Shown: piece by piece, positions 1 through 9,760 of the stretch | Layout of the letters: each line of letters opens with the position of its first letter | Numbering within the stretch: position 1 is the first letter of the stretch | Source: an uncultured bacterium | GTDB lineage: Bacteria; Actinomycetota; Actinomycetes; S36-B12 | DNA length: 64,000 bases | Direction of reading: 5' to 3' | Assembly: GCA_963700745.1 (NCBI GenBank) | Contig: CAVOYT010000012.1 | Span: 350,408-414,407 of the forward strand | Made by a program: the position numbers and the translations under genes | The notes under the pieces: model-generated | Database searches by the model: none | What the model was told of the DNA's origin: nothing | Seen by the model: the letters and a program-made list of their open reading frames with translations, nothing else

Positions 1-384
1 CGACTGCTCGCGCATCCGCCACAGGCTCATCACGATGCCGGGCGTGCAGAACCCGCACTGCGAGCCCAGGCGGTCGACCATCTCCCGCTGCACGGGGTGC
101 AGCCCGTCACCCTCGGCGAGGTCCTCAATGGTGAACAGCGCCGTGCCGTGAAGCATCGGCACGAGCAGGAGGCAGGCGTGGGCCATCGTCAGCGACAGGC
201 CACCCTCGCCGTCCGGACGGCCGAGCACGACGGCGCAGGCACCGCAGTCCCCCTCGTTGCACCCCTCCTTCGTGCCCAGGGATCGACGGGTGGTGCGCAG
301 CCACTCAAGGACGGTGGTCGTCGCGGGCACGCCGTCCAGCTCGACGATCTCCCCGCCGTGCCAGAACCGGATCGCGTCACCCAT
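1..384 (-). CDS. xdhA: Xanthine dehydrogenase small (Fe-S/FAD) subunit, N-terminal part; runs off the window edge
   Basis: Manual translation from ATG at 384: MGDAIRFW...GTKEGCNEGDCGAC...SQCGFCTPG (two 2Fe-2S motifs). Directly downstream of guaD with an 8-nt overlap. Confidence 0.85.
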   Translation of the reverse strand, partial: MGDAIRFWHGGEIVELDGVPATTTVLEWLRTTRRSLGTKEGCNEGDCGACAVVLGRPDGEGGLSLTMAHACLLLVPMLHGTALFTIEDLAEGDGLHPVQREMVDRLGSQCGFCTPGIVMSLWRMREQS

Positions 385-1767
385 GCTCCGCTCCCGTGTC
401 CAGCCGTCGGCCCCCGACGTACACCTCTGCGACCGCGGGCTCCCGGGCCGCCATGAGCAGGGCGAACAGCAGGGCGTCCTGCTCATCGCGAGGATCCTCG
501 CGAGGCTGGCGACCGTCAAGGACGTCGGCGAGCGATGCGGAGCGCGAGGGGTCGATGACGACGAAGTCGGCCTGCTTGCCCGGGTCCAGGTTGCCGATGC
601 GGTCGTCCATGTCGAGGACTCTGGGCGCCCGCGAGCGTGCCGAGGTAGAGCAGCTGGCCTGGCTCGAGAGCCGTACCGGCGCCGTCTTCCGCATTCACGT
701 GCGCCTTGAAGCAGGCATTCAGCACGCGCGGCATGAACCACTCGTCGCCGGCGGCGATGTCGCGAGCCCATCGCGACTCTCGTGCCCGATCCCACGACGG
801 CACGCCACGGCATGGTGCCCGAGCCGAGGAAGTCCTGGGACACGGGACAGTGCGCGATCGACGTGCCGGTCTCCGACAGGCGGCGCAGCTCGCGTGGGTG
901 GCAGTGCACGGCGTGTGCGAGGACCGTGCGCCGGCCCAGGAGTGAGGCTCCGCCGATCACGGACCCGGGTCGGAAGCGGCCGTCGTAGACGTCGAGGTAG
1001 TCGCGCACGGCGAAGCGGGAAAGGACATCGGCGACCTCCGTCCGGTTCTCGCTGAGGTGCGTGGTGACGTAGACCCCCAACTCGCGGGACTCCTCGTACA
1101 GCTCCCCGAGGGACGCCAGCGTCGCGGGCGTGACACTGAGCGCGAAGCGCGGCACGAGCGCCACCCCCGCGAACGGCGACGCGTGGCCGAGCCGGGGCTG
1201 CCACTGGTCGATCTCGGCGCGCGCCAGCGCCAGGGCGCTCGCGTCGTCGGTCACCAGGGCAGCCGCCGACGATGGTCCGGTCGTCATGATGGTCCGCCCG
1301 GTGATCATCCGGAGCCCGTGCGTGCCCACCTCCTCGGCCAGCACCTCCTGAGCCGCCGGGAACTGCGAGCCGAACACCAACGAGGTCGTCGTGCCGGCCC
1401 GTACAAGCCGGTCGCACAGAGCCCGCGCGGCATCCCTGGCGAACGCCGGATCGGCGAGCTTGGCCTCGCCCGGGAAGACCACCTTCTCCAGCCACGCCAG
1501 CAGCTGGCCTCCACCGTGGGCATCCACGCAGTGCACCTGCGGGTAGTGCAGGTGGGTGTCCACGAAGCCCGGCAGGAGGAAGGATCCGTGGTGGTCCACC
1601 ACGGTGGCCTCGACGGCGGGTCGATCAGCCCACGGACCGGACCATGCGATGGTTCCGTCGTCGGCGACGAGGACCGCGCCGTCCGGGGCGTGCACGACTG
1701 CGCTCGACGCGGTCGCCACATCGGGTGATCCCGTTACATGGAAGAGGTGGCCGCGATGACACTCCAT
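377..1767 (-). CDS. guaD: Guanine deaminase (two apparent indels near 765 and 620)
   Basis: Joined frames give LPGFVDTHLHYPQ, PRFALS, THLSEN, AHAVH, HCPVS, DIAAG and IGNLDPGKQADFVV. Adjacent to xdhA. Confidence 0.85.
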
Positions 1768-1851
1768 GCTGTGGACGGTAGTCCGCTTCCGGGGGTGAAT
1801 CCCCGTCGAGACACGCGTCGTGCCAAGCCATTCCGCAGCCGGACGTCGGGA

Positions 1852-2173
1852 CTAGCTGGGAGCAGGAACCCAGAACGTGAAGACGCGTCAGGCCCACTCC
1901 GAGCACACCGAGCGTGATCACGTCGACCTTGCGCGACCGAACGACGAGCATGCCCGCATCGGAGTCCGGGAGCAGCATCCGGAGGAACGCGGCCAGCAAC
2001 ACGCTGGCGGACAGGACGATCGACCCGCGCCGGAAGTAGTCCATCGCGATCATCACCATGGCCACGGCCACGCCGGACAGCACCAGTGTGATGGGCCACT
2101 GGGCGAGCCACGTGCGCCGTGGTCGCAGGCTCACGACGTTGCTCCCCGGCTCCTGGCCGGCGCGGTCCGCCAT
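1852..2173 (-). CDS. DUF3017-like small membrane protein (indel near 1885)
   Basis: QWP...FRRG...LRMLLP...AGMLVVRSR.VD pattern. The corrected frame ends VFTFWVPAPS-TAG at 1852. This family usually follows folD in actinobacteria. Confidence 0.7.
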
Positions 2174-2227
2174 TCCGCCATCCTGTCATGCGGGGCCGCC
2201 GAGGAGCGGCGTGATCCACGGACCGTG

Positions 2228-3001
2228 TCAGTTGCGAGCGGCGATCCAGTCGGCCACCCGGATCGCGTAGTCGAGAACGGCCGCCGCGAGCTCCTCCTCA
2301 CGGCCGGTGAACCGCTGGACGGGAACCGGTATCGACAGGGCCAGCAGGTCGTGGTCCATGGTTCCAGCCACCGCGCCGACCGCGCAGACTCCTTGTGACT
2401 GCTCCTCTAGGTCGAATGCCACGCCCCCGCGGTCACGGACCCGCTGCAGTTCCTCGCGCACCTGCTGGGGCGAGGTGAGGGTGTTCTCCGTCAGGGCTTC
2501 GAGCCGAGCGGCCAGCACGCGCCTGACGTCGACGTCCGGCATGGCGGCGAGGAAGGCCTTCCCGTTCGCACTGGCATGCAGGGCGAAGGAGTCGCCAACG
2601 GAGCTGACCGCACGCAGGCGGTTGTCGGCCACGACCTGATCGACGAACACGGCGCGATCGTTCTCCAGGACGGACAGGTCGACGGTCTCGCCGATCTCGA
2701 GAGAGAAGTCGACCAGGAGGGGATGCAGGTCAAGCCACGCATACCGGCGAGCGGAAGCGGCCAGTCGAACGAGTTCGGGGCCGAGCCGGTAGCGTCCCCG
2801 CGGACCCACTGACACGACGAAGCCCTCTGCCTCCAGCGCCATGAGGAGCCGGCTCACGGTGGAGCGGGCCAGCCCCAGCCGCTCGCCGACGTCAGTCTGG
2901 GTCAACCCGGTCGGGTAGGAGTTGAGCAGCCGCAGGATCTCCGAGGCACGGGCCAGGACCTGGACGCCAGACTTGCCGTCCGCCACTGAGGGGGTCGCCA
3001 T
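2228..3001 (-). CDS. IclR-family transcriptional regulator
   Basis: N-terminal HTH (LGLARSTVSRLL) and C-terminal IclR signatures LHASANGKAFL and EEQSQGVCAVGA. Confidence 0.92.
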   Translation of the reverse strand: MATPSVADGKSGVQVLARASEILRLLNSYPTGLTQTDVGERLGLARSTVSRLLMALEAEGFVVSVGPRGRYRLGPELVRLAASARRYAWLDLHPLLVDFSLEIGETVDLSVLENDRAVFVDQVVADNRLRAVSSVGDSFALHASANGKAFLAAMPDVDVRRVLAARLEALTENTLTSPQQVREELQRVRDRGGVAFDLEEQSQGVCAVGAVAGTMDHDLLALSIPVPVQRFTGREEELAAAVLDYAIRVADWIAARN

Positions 3002-3105
3002 CTGTCTCCTTTGCCGATCCGGCCGCTAGCGTTGACGTGGTGGGTGCGGGGCCGGCGATGTGGTCGGGGACCCCGCTGCGCCGGTCGTCGTGAACCCTGC
3101 ATTGC

Positions 3106-3127
3106 TCCCGTATTATGGGAGAAAACT
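3106..3127. promoter_or_regulatory. Putative IclR operator, copy 1 (TCCCGTATTATGGGAGAAAACT)
   Basis: Imperfect palindrome TCCC-N7-GGGA in the divergent IclR/decarboxylase gap; 20/22 identical to 9638-9659. Confidence 0.7.
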
Positions 3128-3192
3128 ACCGCTGAGTGGACCTATTGGCGAAAACCGCCGGCCCACCATACGAACAGGAATCCTTGGCAACC

Positions 3193-4557
3193 ATGACCGA
3201 CCTTCGTGCGTGGCTGCCTCGCGGTGTCGAGTCCATCGAAGAATGGATGACCCAGTTCGGGGCCTTCGAGCAGCATCCCTCCCTGCGCGTCGATGACGTC
3301 GACCTCGACCTGGCCTTCGGACGGTTGACCGACCGACTGCAGGACAACTACCCGTTCGGGCACCCGCGATACGTGGGGCAGATGCTCAAGCCGCCGCACC
3401 CGGTCGCGGTGCTGGGCTACCTCACCGCGATGCTCATCAATCCCAACAACCACGCCCTCGATGGCGGACCGGCCACAGCGCAGATGGAGAAGGAGGTCGT
3501 GGCCCGGCTGGCGGAGATGTTCGGACTGCCGCAGCACCTCGGACACCTCACGTCCAGCGGCACCACCGCCAATCTCGAGGCGCTCTGGGTCGCGCGCGAG
3601 TCGCATCCCGACAAGGCCATCGCGTTCAGCACGGATGCGCATTACACCCACTCGCGCATGTGCCAGGTGCTGGGCGTGGAAGGGGTTCCCGTCGGCACGG
3701 ACGAACGTGGACGCATGGACCTCGGCGAGCTGCAGCGGGTCCTGTCCACCGGTCGGGTGGGCACGGTCGTGGCGACCTTGGGTACCACCGGACTGGGCGC
3801 GCTCGACCCACTGCCGGAGATCGTCGCCCTGGCGCGGGCGCACGGGGCCCGCGTGCACGTCGACACGGCCTATGGAGGCTTCTTCGCCCTGGTCGCCGAC
3901 GATTCCGTCGACGGAGTCGCACGCGCGCCGTACGCCGCGATCGCAGACGTCGACAGCGTCGTCGTCGACCCCCACAAGCACGGACTGCAGCCCTACGGCT
4001 GCGGGGCCGTGCTGTTCTCCGATCCCACGGTCGGCCGGTTCTACGTGCACGACTCGCCCTACACGTACTTCTCCTCCGACGAATTGCACCTTGGCGAGAT
4101 CTCATTGGAGTGCAGCCGCGCGGGTGCTGCGGCCGCCGCGCTCTGGCTCACCCTCGAGGTGATCCCGCTGACGGATGCGGGCCTGGGTCAGGTGCTGCGC
4201 GCGAATCGTCGCGGAGCGCAGGAGTGGAAGCGGCTACTGGATGCCTCGGACCACTTCAGCGCGTACCAGGAGCCCGAGCTCGACATCGTCGCCTACTTCC
4301 CCGCTCGCGCGTCGATGTCCGAGATCGACCGTGCCAGCGCACAGCTGTTCGTCGACGCCGCCGCGTTGCCGCCGGACCAGCAGATCCACCTGGCCACCTA
4401 CTCGGTGAAGGCCGATGCGCTGGCGGCGCGTGGCCACGATGTCGTCGCGGACGTTGACTCCGCCCGCATCGTGCGCAGCACGGTGATGAAGCCCGAGTCC
4501 GCTGACGCCATCCCGCGGATCCACGCGCGCCTGGAGAGCCTCGTCAGGCGTCCCTGA
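3193..4557 (+). CDS. Group II PLP-dependent decarboxylase family protein
   Basis: TSSGTTAN, HVDTAYGG and DPHK (PLP lysine) motifs. ATG at 3193 preferred over the ORF-track start. Confidence 0.85.
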   Translation: MTDLRAWLPRGVESIEEWMTQFGAFEQHPSLRVDDVDLDLAFGRLTDRLQDNYPFGHPRYVGQMLKPPHPVAVLGYLTAMLINPNNHALDGGPATAQMEKEVVARLAEMFGLPQHLGHLTSSGTTANLEALWVARESHPDKAIAFSTDAHYTHSRMCQVLGVEGVPVGTDERGRMDLGELQRVLSTGRVGTVVATLGTTGLGALDPLPEIVALARAHGARVHVDTAYGGFFALVADDSVDGVARAPYAAIADVDSVVVDPHKHGLQPYGCGAVLFSDPTVGRFYVHDSPYTYFSSDELHLGEISLECSRAGAAAAALWLTLEVIPLTDAGLGQVLRANRRGAQEWKRLLDASDHFSAYQEPELDIVAYFPARASMSEIDRASAQLFVDAAALPPDQQIHLATYSVKADALAARGHDVVADVDSARIVRSTVMKPESADAIPRIHARLESLVRRP

Positions 4558-5761
4558 GCCGGACCTCGGCCCCCCGGACGTCATCAATAGATCGTGCACC
4601 GATGAGCTGCATCGTCGTGCGCACCTCCTTCTCCAGGATGTCTGCCACCCGGCGCACGCCCTCCTCGCCGCCGGCCATGAGCCCGTAGAGGTAGGCACGT
4701 CCGACCAGTGCCCCTCGCGCGCCGAAGGCCAGTGCCGCCACGACATCAGTCCCGCTCATGATGCCGCCGTCGATGTAGACCTCTGTGCGCCCGCCCACGG
4801 CCGCGACCACGTCCGGCAGCAGCTCCAGCGGCACGTTGCCCATGTCTGCCTGCCGGCCCCCATGGTTCGACAGCACGATCGCGTCGACGCCGAGGTCGGC
4901 AGCGAGGCGTGCGTCGGCCACGCTCTGGATCCCCTTGACCATGACCCGCCCCGACCAGTTCTGACGGATCCAGGTGATGTCCTCCCCGGTCACGCCCGGA
5001 TCGAAGACGCGGGTGAGCAGGTCCCCGACCGTCCCGCCGGTGGACGACAGGCTCGCGAAGGACAGGGGCTCGGTCGTCAGCACGTCGAACCACCACCTCG
5101 GATGCAGGGCCATCTCGGCCATCGTCGACAGCCGCAGCTGAGGCGGAATCGTGAGGCCGTTCCTCACCTCCCGCCGCCGGATACCCCCGACGGCCGTGTC
5201 GACGGTGAGGATCAGCGTGTCGAAGCCGTTCGCATCCGCCTGCCGCATCAACTCCTCGGGTTGCGCGCGATCGCGGCTCACGTAGAGCTGGAACCAGCGG
5301 CGCGTCTGGGGGCTGGCCGCAGCCAGGTCCTCGATCGAGGTCGTGCCCAGGGTCGACAGGCCGTAGGCGATTCCCTTCTCGGCGGCGACGCGGGCGACCG
5401 CCGCTTCCCCGTCGGAGTGCATCATCCGGGTGAACCCGGTGGGCGCAAAGAGGAACGGTAGGGCGTTCGGCCCGCCCAGCACCTCAATGCGCAGGTCGAC
5501 GTCCGCCACATCGCGCATGACACGAGGCGTGAACTCGACCCGCCGGTAGGCGTCACGACTGCGCCGCAGGCTGGTTTCGGACATCGCGGCGCCGTCGACG
5601 TAGTCGAATACCGCCTTCGGCGCACGGGCACGGGCCATCGCGCGGACGTCCCACACGCTCGAACAGCGCTCGAGCCGACGTTGAAGACGGGTGCGGGAGC
5701 GGTCCACCGTGCCGATGAGCGGCAGGATCTCGGACGGCCGTGGCAGGCGGCGTCTGACCAT
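4544..5761 (-). CDS. FMN-dependent alpha-hydroxy acid dehydrogenase/oxidase
   Basis: FDYVDG, APTG, WFQLY, LTVDT, SNHGGRQ, DGG and GRAYLYGL motifs. Confidence 0.92.
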   Translation of the reverse strand: MVRRRLPRPSEILPLIGTVDRSRTRLQRRLERCSSVWDVRAMARARAPKAVFDYVDGAAMSETSLRRSRDAYRRVEFTPRVMRDVADVDLRIEVLGGPNALPFLFAPTGFTRMMHSDGEAAVARVAAEKGIAYGLSTLGTTSIEDLAAASPQTRRWFQLYVSRDRAQPEELMRQADANGFDTLILTVDTAVGGIRRREVRNGLTIPPQLRLSTMAEMALHPRWWFDVLTTEPLSFASLSSTGGTVGDLLTRVFDPGVTGEDITWIRQNWSGRVMVKGIQSVADARLAADLGVDAIVLSNHGGRQADMGNVPLELLPDVVAAVGGRTEVYIDGGIMSGTDVVAALAFGARGALVGRAYLYGLMAGGEEGVRRVADILEKEVRTTMQLIGARSIDDVRGAEVRLRDA

Positions 5762-5880
5762 GGTGGGGCCTCCTGTGCAGCGGAACCGACAGGATGAGGC
5801 TTCCAGACCTCAGCACTCGGCGTGGCCGGATGCAGATGAACCGCGCCGCCACGTGGGGCGGTCCGAGCGCCAGTAGCGCC

Positions 5881-6698
5881 CTACCGAGGCGGCAGGCTGA
5901 GGATCTGCTCGGTCTCGTCGACCGAGGCGAGGGACAGGTCCATGGCGCGCGCGAGCTCCGCCGTCCGCCGGACCAGCGGAACGTTGCCCTGCGACAGCTC
6001 TCCCTTGCGCAGATAGAGCGTGTCCTCCAGGCCGGCGCGGGCGTTGCCTCCGAGGGCGAGTCCGATGGCAGTGAGCTCGAGGTTCGCCCGGCCGATGGCG
6101 ATGATCTGCCATACGCAGTCGTCAGGAAGCCGGTCGACCATCATCACGAGGTTCGCCGGTGTCGCTGACGCGCCGCCCCGCACGCCCAGGACGATCGAGA
6201 ACTGCAGCGGCGTTGCCAGCAATCCCTCCTCGAAGAGCCGGATGCAGGCATCGAGGTGCCCGGTGTCGTAGACCTCGAGCTCTGGCTTGACGTCCAGCTC
6301 GCGCATGCGGGCGGCGAGCCGGCGCACGCCATCAGGCGGGTTGCGGAACTCACCGGCTGCCGAAGCTCATCGTGCACGGGTTCAGTGTCGCCATCCGCGG
6401 CCGCAGTTCGACGAGTCTTCTCCCGCTCCTCGAAGGGCACGGACAGCCCCACGCCGGTCGAGAGCTGGATGTGGATGGGGCACTTCTCCGCGATGAGGTC
6501 CATCGTCCGGCGGGCGATGGCCAGGTCAGCGGTGGGTCGCTGCTGGTCGTCCCGCAGGTGGATGTGCGCCACCGACGCGCCCTCGAGGTAGGACTCGTAG
6601 ACGGCGTCCGCAATCTCCTCGGGAGACGTCGGCAGGTCGGGGTTGTCCGACTTGAACGCGATCGGCCCGGTCGTGGCCACCGTCAGGACGACGCCCAT
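5881..6698 (-). CDS. BKACE (beta-keto acid cleavage, DUF849) enzyme; candidate triacetate-cleaving lyase; indels near 6420 and 6355
   Basis: P.SPEEIA, AHIHLRD (Zn HxH), QLSTG, ATLNPCTMSFG, KPELEVYD and RAGLED across three frames. Confidence 0.85.
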
Positions 6699-7043
6699 CA
6701 GACGGCCTTCGGGTTGGCGATGGCGACGGCAAGGACGGCGTCGGAGTCGGATTCGTTCGACCAGCTCGCGATGGTCTCCCTTGACGAAGTGCACCGAGTC
6801 GTACTGGCCCAGCCGCTCGGTCTGTCCGTTGGCTCGAAGCACGAACTCGCCGCTCACCACGAAGTAGATCGACTCGCCGACGATGTCGGACGGGCCCGCC
6901 TTGGAACCTGGTGGGTAGACCGACAGTCCCATCCAGAATCCCTCGGTCGGGCCGACCTCCATGCCCTGCAGGCGTCGGGTGTCCACGCCGGTGTGGAAGG
7001 GCGCGTCATAGGGCACTGCCTCGGGATGCTTCGTGATGTGCAT
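6698..7043 (-). CDS. Small cupin-domain protein (indel near 6760)
   Basis: ESIYFVVSGE and DSVHFVKGDHR beta-barrel motifs. Removing one base gives ...ANPKAV-TGA overlapping the BKACE ATG. Confidence 0.75.
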
Positions 7044-7044
7044 G

Positions 7045-7878
7045 TCAGGCGTTGCCCGTCTCGATGCGGTAGGTGCCCTGCGGGTCGGTGATGGCGACCA
7101 GTCGGACGATGCAGCCGTCGCCACCACGCCAGCGCCAGGGGAACGCTGCGAAGGTCACCCGCTTGCCGGTCACCTGATCGACGTCGCCTCCCACGTTCTC
7201 GAACCCGTAGATGCCGTGAGTGAGGATCTCGCGATGGCACGGCTCCCAGAGGGCGAACTCATCCGCCACCTTCTTTCCCGTCTCGGCTTCGTACTCCTCG
7301 CAGGCCCACGGCAGCAGCCCACCCTGAGCCTCGGCCGGTCCGTGCGGGCCGATCGCCGTCGCGAGCGGGTGGTCGAGCGCCTGGGTGTCGGTACCGACCG
7401 CCTTGACGCCCTTGGACACGAACCATTCGCCCGCCTCCTTGTAGAAGCCCGGGCTGTAGGCGTAGTACTCGGCGCTGTCGGCGTACTTGTGGTGCCAGCC
7501 GGTGTTGACGATCACGATGTCGCCGGGACGCACGGGCGTCTTCTCGGCGGCCGCGTCCAGATGCTCGGGCATGATCTTCTCCCACTTGCCCATGGGCACG
7601 TCGAGCACGACGCCGGTTCCGAAGAAGGCGCTGAGCGGGATCTCGTCGAGAAGTGGCGTCCCCTCGACCACGTGGCCCGGCGCATCGATGTGCGTGCCCG
7701 AGTGCATGACCGTGGTGATCTTCTGCGTGAGCACGCGGCTCTTGGCCATGCCATGCAGCCGCTCGATCTTGACGTCCTCGAAGTACGGCCAGCACGGCTG
7801 ACCGAGACCCCAGGAGTGGGAGAGCTCGACGAACTCCAGCTGCGACTCGGCCTCGCCTAGCGGCCACGTGTACGTCAT
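7045..7878 (-). CDS. Cyclase / kynurenine-formamidase-family metal hydrolase; candidate dihydrophloroglucinol cyclohydrolase
   Basis: HSGTHIDAPGH metal motif, GTDTQALDHP and FENV. AGGA SD upstream of ATG 7878. Confidence 0.85.
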   Translation of the reverse strand: MTYTWPLGEAESQLEFVELSHSWGLGQPCWPYFEDVKIERLHGMAKSRVLTQKITTVMHSGTHIDAPGHVVEGTPLLDEIPLSAFFGTGVVLDVPMGKWEKIMPEHLDAAAEKTPVRPGDIVIVNTGWHHKYADSAEYYAYSPGFYKEAGEWFVSKGVKAVGTDTQALDHPLATAIGPHGPAEAQGGLLPWACEEYEAETGKKVADEFALWEPCHREILTHGIYGFENVGGDVDQVTGKRVTFAAFPWRWRGGDGCIVRLVAITDPQGTYRIETGNA

Positions 7879-7906
7879 CGGTCGTTCCTTTCGGTTGGGT
7901 GGGTCG

Positions 7907-8809
7907 TTAGGTCGTTCGTGACTCGAGTTGTGCGGAAACGTGCGCGGCAAGCCGTCGGGCGGCCGCCTCTCGTGCTCCCGCCGGCCAGTCGAGGAATCCG
8001 TGTCCGGTCTTCGCCCCGAGCTCCCCCGCATCCACGAGCTCGCGCAGGTAGGGACTGGGGAAGGGGTCGCTGTTGATGCTCGGCAGCACGGCATCGTGGA
8101 TGGCCAGGGTGAGATCGAGACCGACGTAGTCCGCGTTCTCGATCGGGCCCATCTCTCCCAGCCGCAGCCCGATCGTGTTCTTGACGACTTGGTCCACGGT
8201 CTGCGCGTCGCACACCCCCGTCGCGACGAGGTCGATGGCCTCACGCCAGAGGGCATGCTGCAGCCGGTTGCCGACGAAGCCCGGAACGTCCCGCTCCACC
8301 CGCACCGGCAGCTTGCCCATCGCTGTCATGAATCCGTACGTACGCTCCATGGTCTCGTCGGACGTCCGTTCCCCGCGCACCACCTCGACGATGGGGATGA
8401 GGTCGGGCGGGTTCCAGAAGTGCGTGCCCACGCATCGAGATCCGTCGTCGACGCGCTGCGCGATCGCCGTGATGGGCAGGACCGAGGAGTTCGACGCGAG
8501 GATCGCGGACGGGTTCACACGGCTCATCTCAGCGAAGAGGCCCTGCTTGATCGCGAGGTCCTCGACGATCGCCTCGATGACGAGATCGACTCCCCGCACT
8601 CCTTCGGCCACGGACGCGCTGCCGGCGATGTGGCCCTCGGGAGCCATCTCGCGGGCCCCTGCGAGCCCGCCCGCCAGGACGTCCGCGTCGATATCGACGA
8701 GCGTGACCGGTGTCCCCGAACGGGCCACCAGTCCGGCAAGGCGACGTCCCATGAGCCCGGCGCCGACGACGGCGACCGAGGCAATGGGGTCGGGAACAGA
8801 ACTCAGCAC
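7907..8809 (-). CDS. 3-hydroxyacyl-CoA dehydrogenase-family protein; candidate 3-hydroxy-5-oxohexanoate dehydrogenase
   Basis: GAGLMG, EAIVEDLAIK, SNSS, HFWNPP and PGFVGNRLQ motifs. Confidence 0.88.
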   Translation of the reverse strand: MLSSVPDPIASVAVVGAGLMGRRLAGLVARSGTPVTLVDIDADVLAGGLAGAREMAPEGHIAGSASVAEGVRGVDLVIEAIVEDLAIKQGLFAEMSRVNPSAILASNSSVLPITAIAQRVDDGSRCVGTHFWNPPDLIPIVEVVRGERTSDETMERTYGFMTAMGKLPVRVERDVPGFVGNRLQHALWREAIDLVATGVCDAQTVDQVVKNTIGLRLGEMGPIENADYVGLDLTLAIHDAVLPSINSDPFPSPYLRELVDAGELGAKTGHGFLDWPAGAREAAARRLAAHVSAQLESRTT

Positions 8810-9594
8810 GCCGTGTAGCCACCATCGAGGTAGAGGACCTGCCCGGTCATGAAGGTCGAGGCGTCGCTCAGGAGGTACTGCAGTGCTCCCACGAAGTCCT
8901 CTGGCTCGGCGAACCGCTTGAGCGGGATCCTCGAGAACATCGCCTCCCGGGCCGTCCGACCCTTCTCGTCATCGGCGTACATCCACGCGGTGAGCTCGGA
9001 GCGGAACACCGTCGGGGCGATGACGTTGACCCGGATGCCGGCACCACCCCACTCGGCCGCCAGCGTCTTCCCGAGCAGGTCGACCGCCGCCTTCGAGGGG
9101 CAGTACGCGGAGTATCCGGCCGGGTGGCCGAGCTTGCCGCGAGTCGACGACACGAGGACCACCGAACCGCCCTGACCCTGGTCCAGCAGGACCCGGCCGG
9201 CGGCCTGGGCCATCAGCCAGGAGCCCTTCACGTTCGCGTCCATGACCGATTCCCAGTCCTCGACCGACTGCTCGACGATCGGAGCGACCTTGTTCATCCC
9301 GGAGGCCACGAGCATCCCGTCCAGCCGGCCGAAAGCGTCGACGGCAGCAGCGATGATCGCGGCCGCGTCCTCGGGAGTGTCCGGGCGGTGCGGGGCGATG
9401 GCCGAGTGGCCGACCAGCTCCTCCCGCGCCGCGAGTTCCTCGAGGGCGGAGACGTTGCCACCGGCGAGGGTGACGCTGGCACCTGCCGCCCCCAGGCCGA
9501 GCGCCGCCTCGCGCCCCATCGCCCCGGAGGCTCCCGTGATGACGATCGACTTGCCGGACAGGCTGAATCTGGCCGTCGGGTCCGCAACGCTCAT
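8803..9594 (-). CDS. SDR oxidoreductase, phloroglucinol-reductase-like
   Basis: TGASGAMG, YCPSK, PTVFRSELTAWM, EPEDFVG and C-terminal GGYTAC. These resemble phloroglucinol reductase as I recall it (not aligned). Confidence 0.8.
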   Translation of the reverse strand: MSVADPTARFSLSGKSIVITGASGAMGREAALGLGAAGASVTLAGGNVSALEELAAREELVGHSAIAPHRPDTPEDAAAIIAAAVDAFGRLDGMLVASGMNKVAPIVEQSVEDWESVMDANVKGSWLMAQAAGRVLLDQGQGGSVVLVSSTRGKLGHPAGYSAYCPSKAAVDLLGKTLAAEWGGAGIRVNVIAPTVFRSELTAWMYADDEKGRTAREAMFSRIPLKRFAEPEDFVGALQYLLSDASTFMTGQVLYLDGGYTAC

Positions 9595-9602
9595 GTGGCC
9601 GA

Positions 9603-9631
9603 ACGCTAGGTCGAGATAGGGGGCACGTCAA
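9603..9631 (-). promoter_or_regulatory. Sigma70-type promoter of the SDR operon (TTGACG-N17-TAGCGT)
   Basis: Reverse complement of 9626-9631 and 9603-9608 with 17-nt spacing, 8 nt before the ATG at 9594. Confidence 0.6.
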
Positions 9632-9637
9632 GCGTTT

Positions 9638-9659
9638 TCCCGTATTGCGGGAGAAAACT
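9638..9659. promoter_or_regulatory. Putative IclR operator, copy 2 (TCCCGTATTGCGGGAGAAAACT)
   Basis: Near-copy of 3106-3127, lying just upstream of the -35 box in the divergent SDR/CoA-transferase gap. Confidence 0.7.
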
Positions 9660-9760
9660 CCTGCTTATTGGGATTTCTCTGGAATCTCGCCGGGCCGGGG
9701 ACTAGCATCCGCCAGAGCCGGTCAGCAGTCGGTTGACAGGCGGCCAGCGGAGGAGGACGC

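Noticed and set aside
1-1767. Open frame running from the guaD start into xdhA, suggesting a fusion
   Set aside because: The true guaD C-terminus lies in other frames and ends at TGA 377; the continuity is an indel artefact.
1768-1851. Purine or ZTP riboswitch upstream of guaD (also checked before purN and folD)
   Set aside because: No recognisable conserved aptamer sequence; the purN and folD leaders are too short. An Rfam scan would settle it.
6144-7127. Apparent cupin-BKACE fusion ORF
   Set aside because: Removing one base near 6760 restores a cupin stop overlapping the BKACE ATG.
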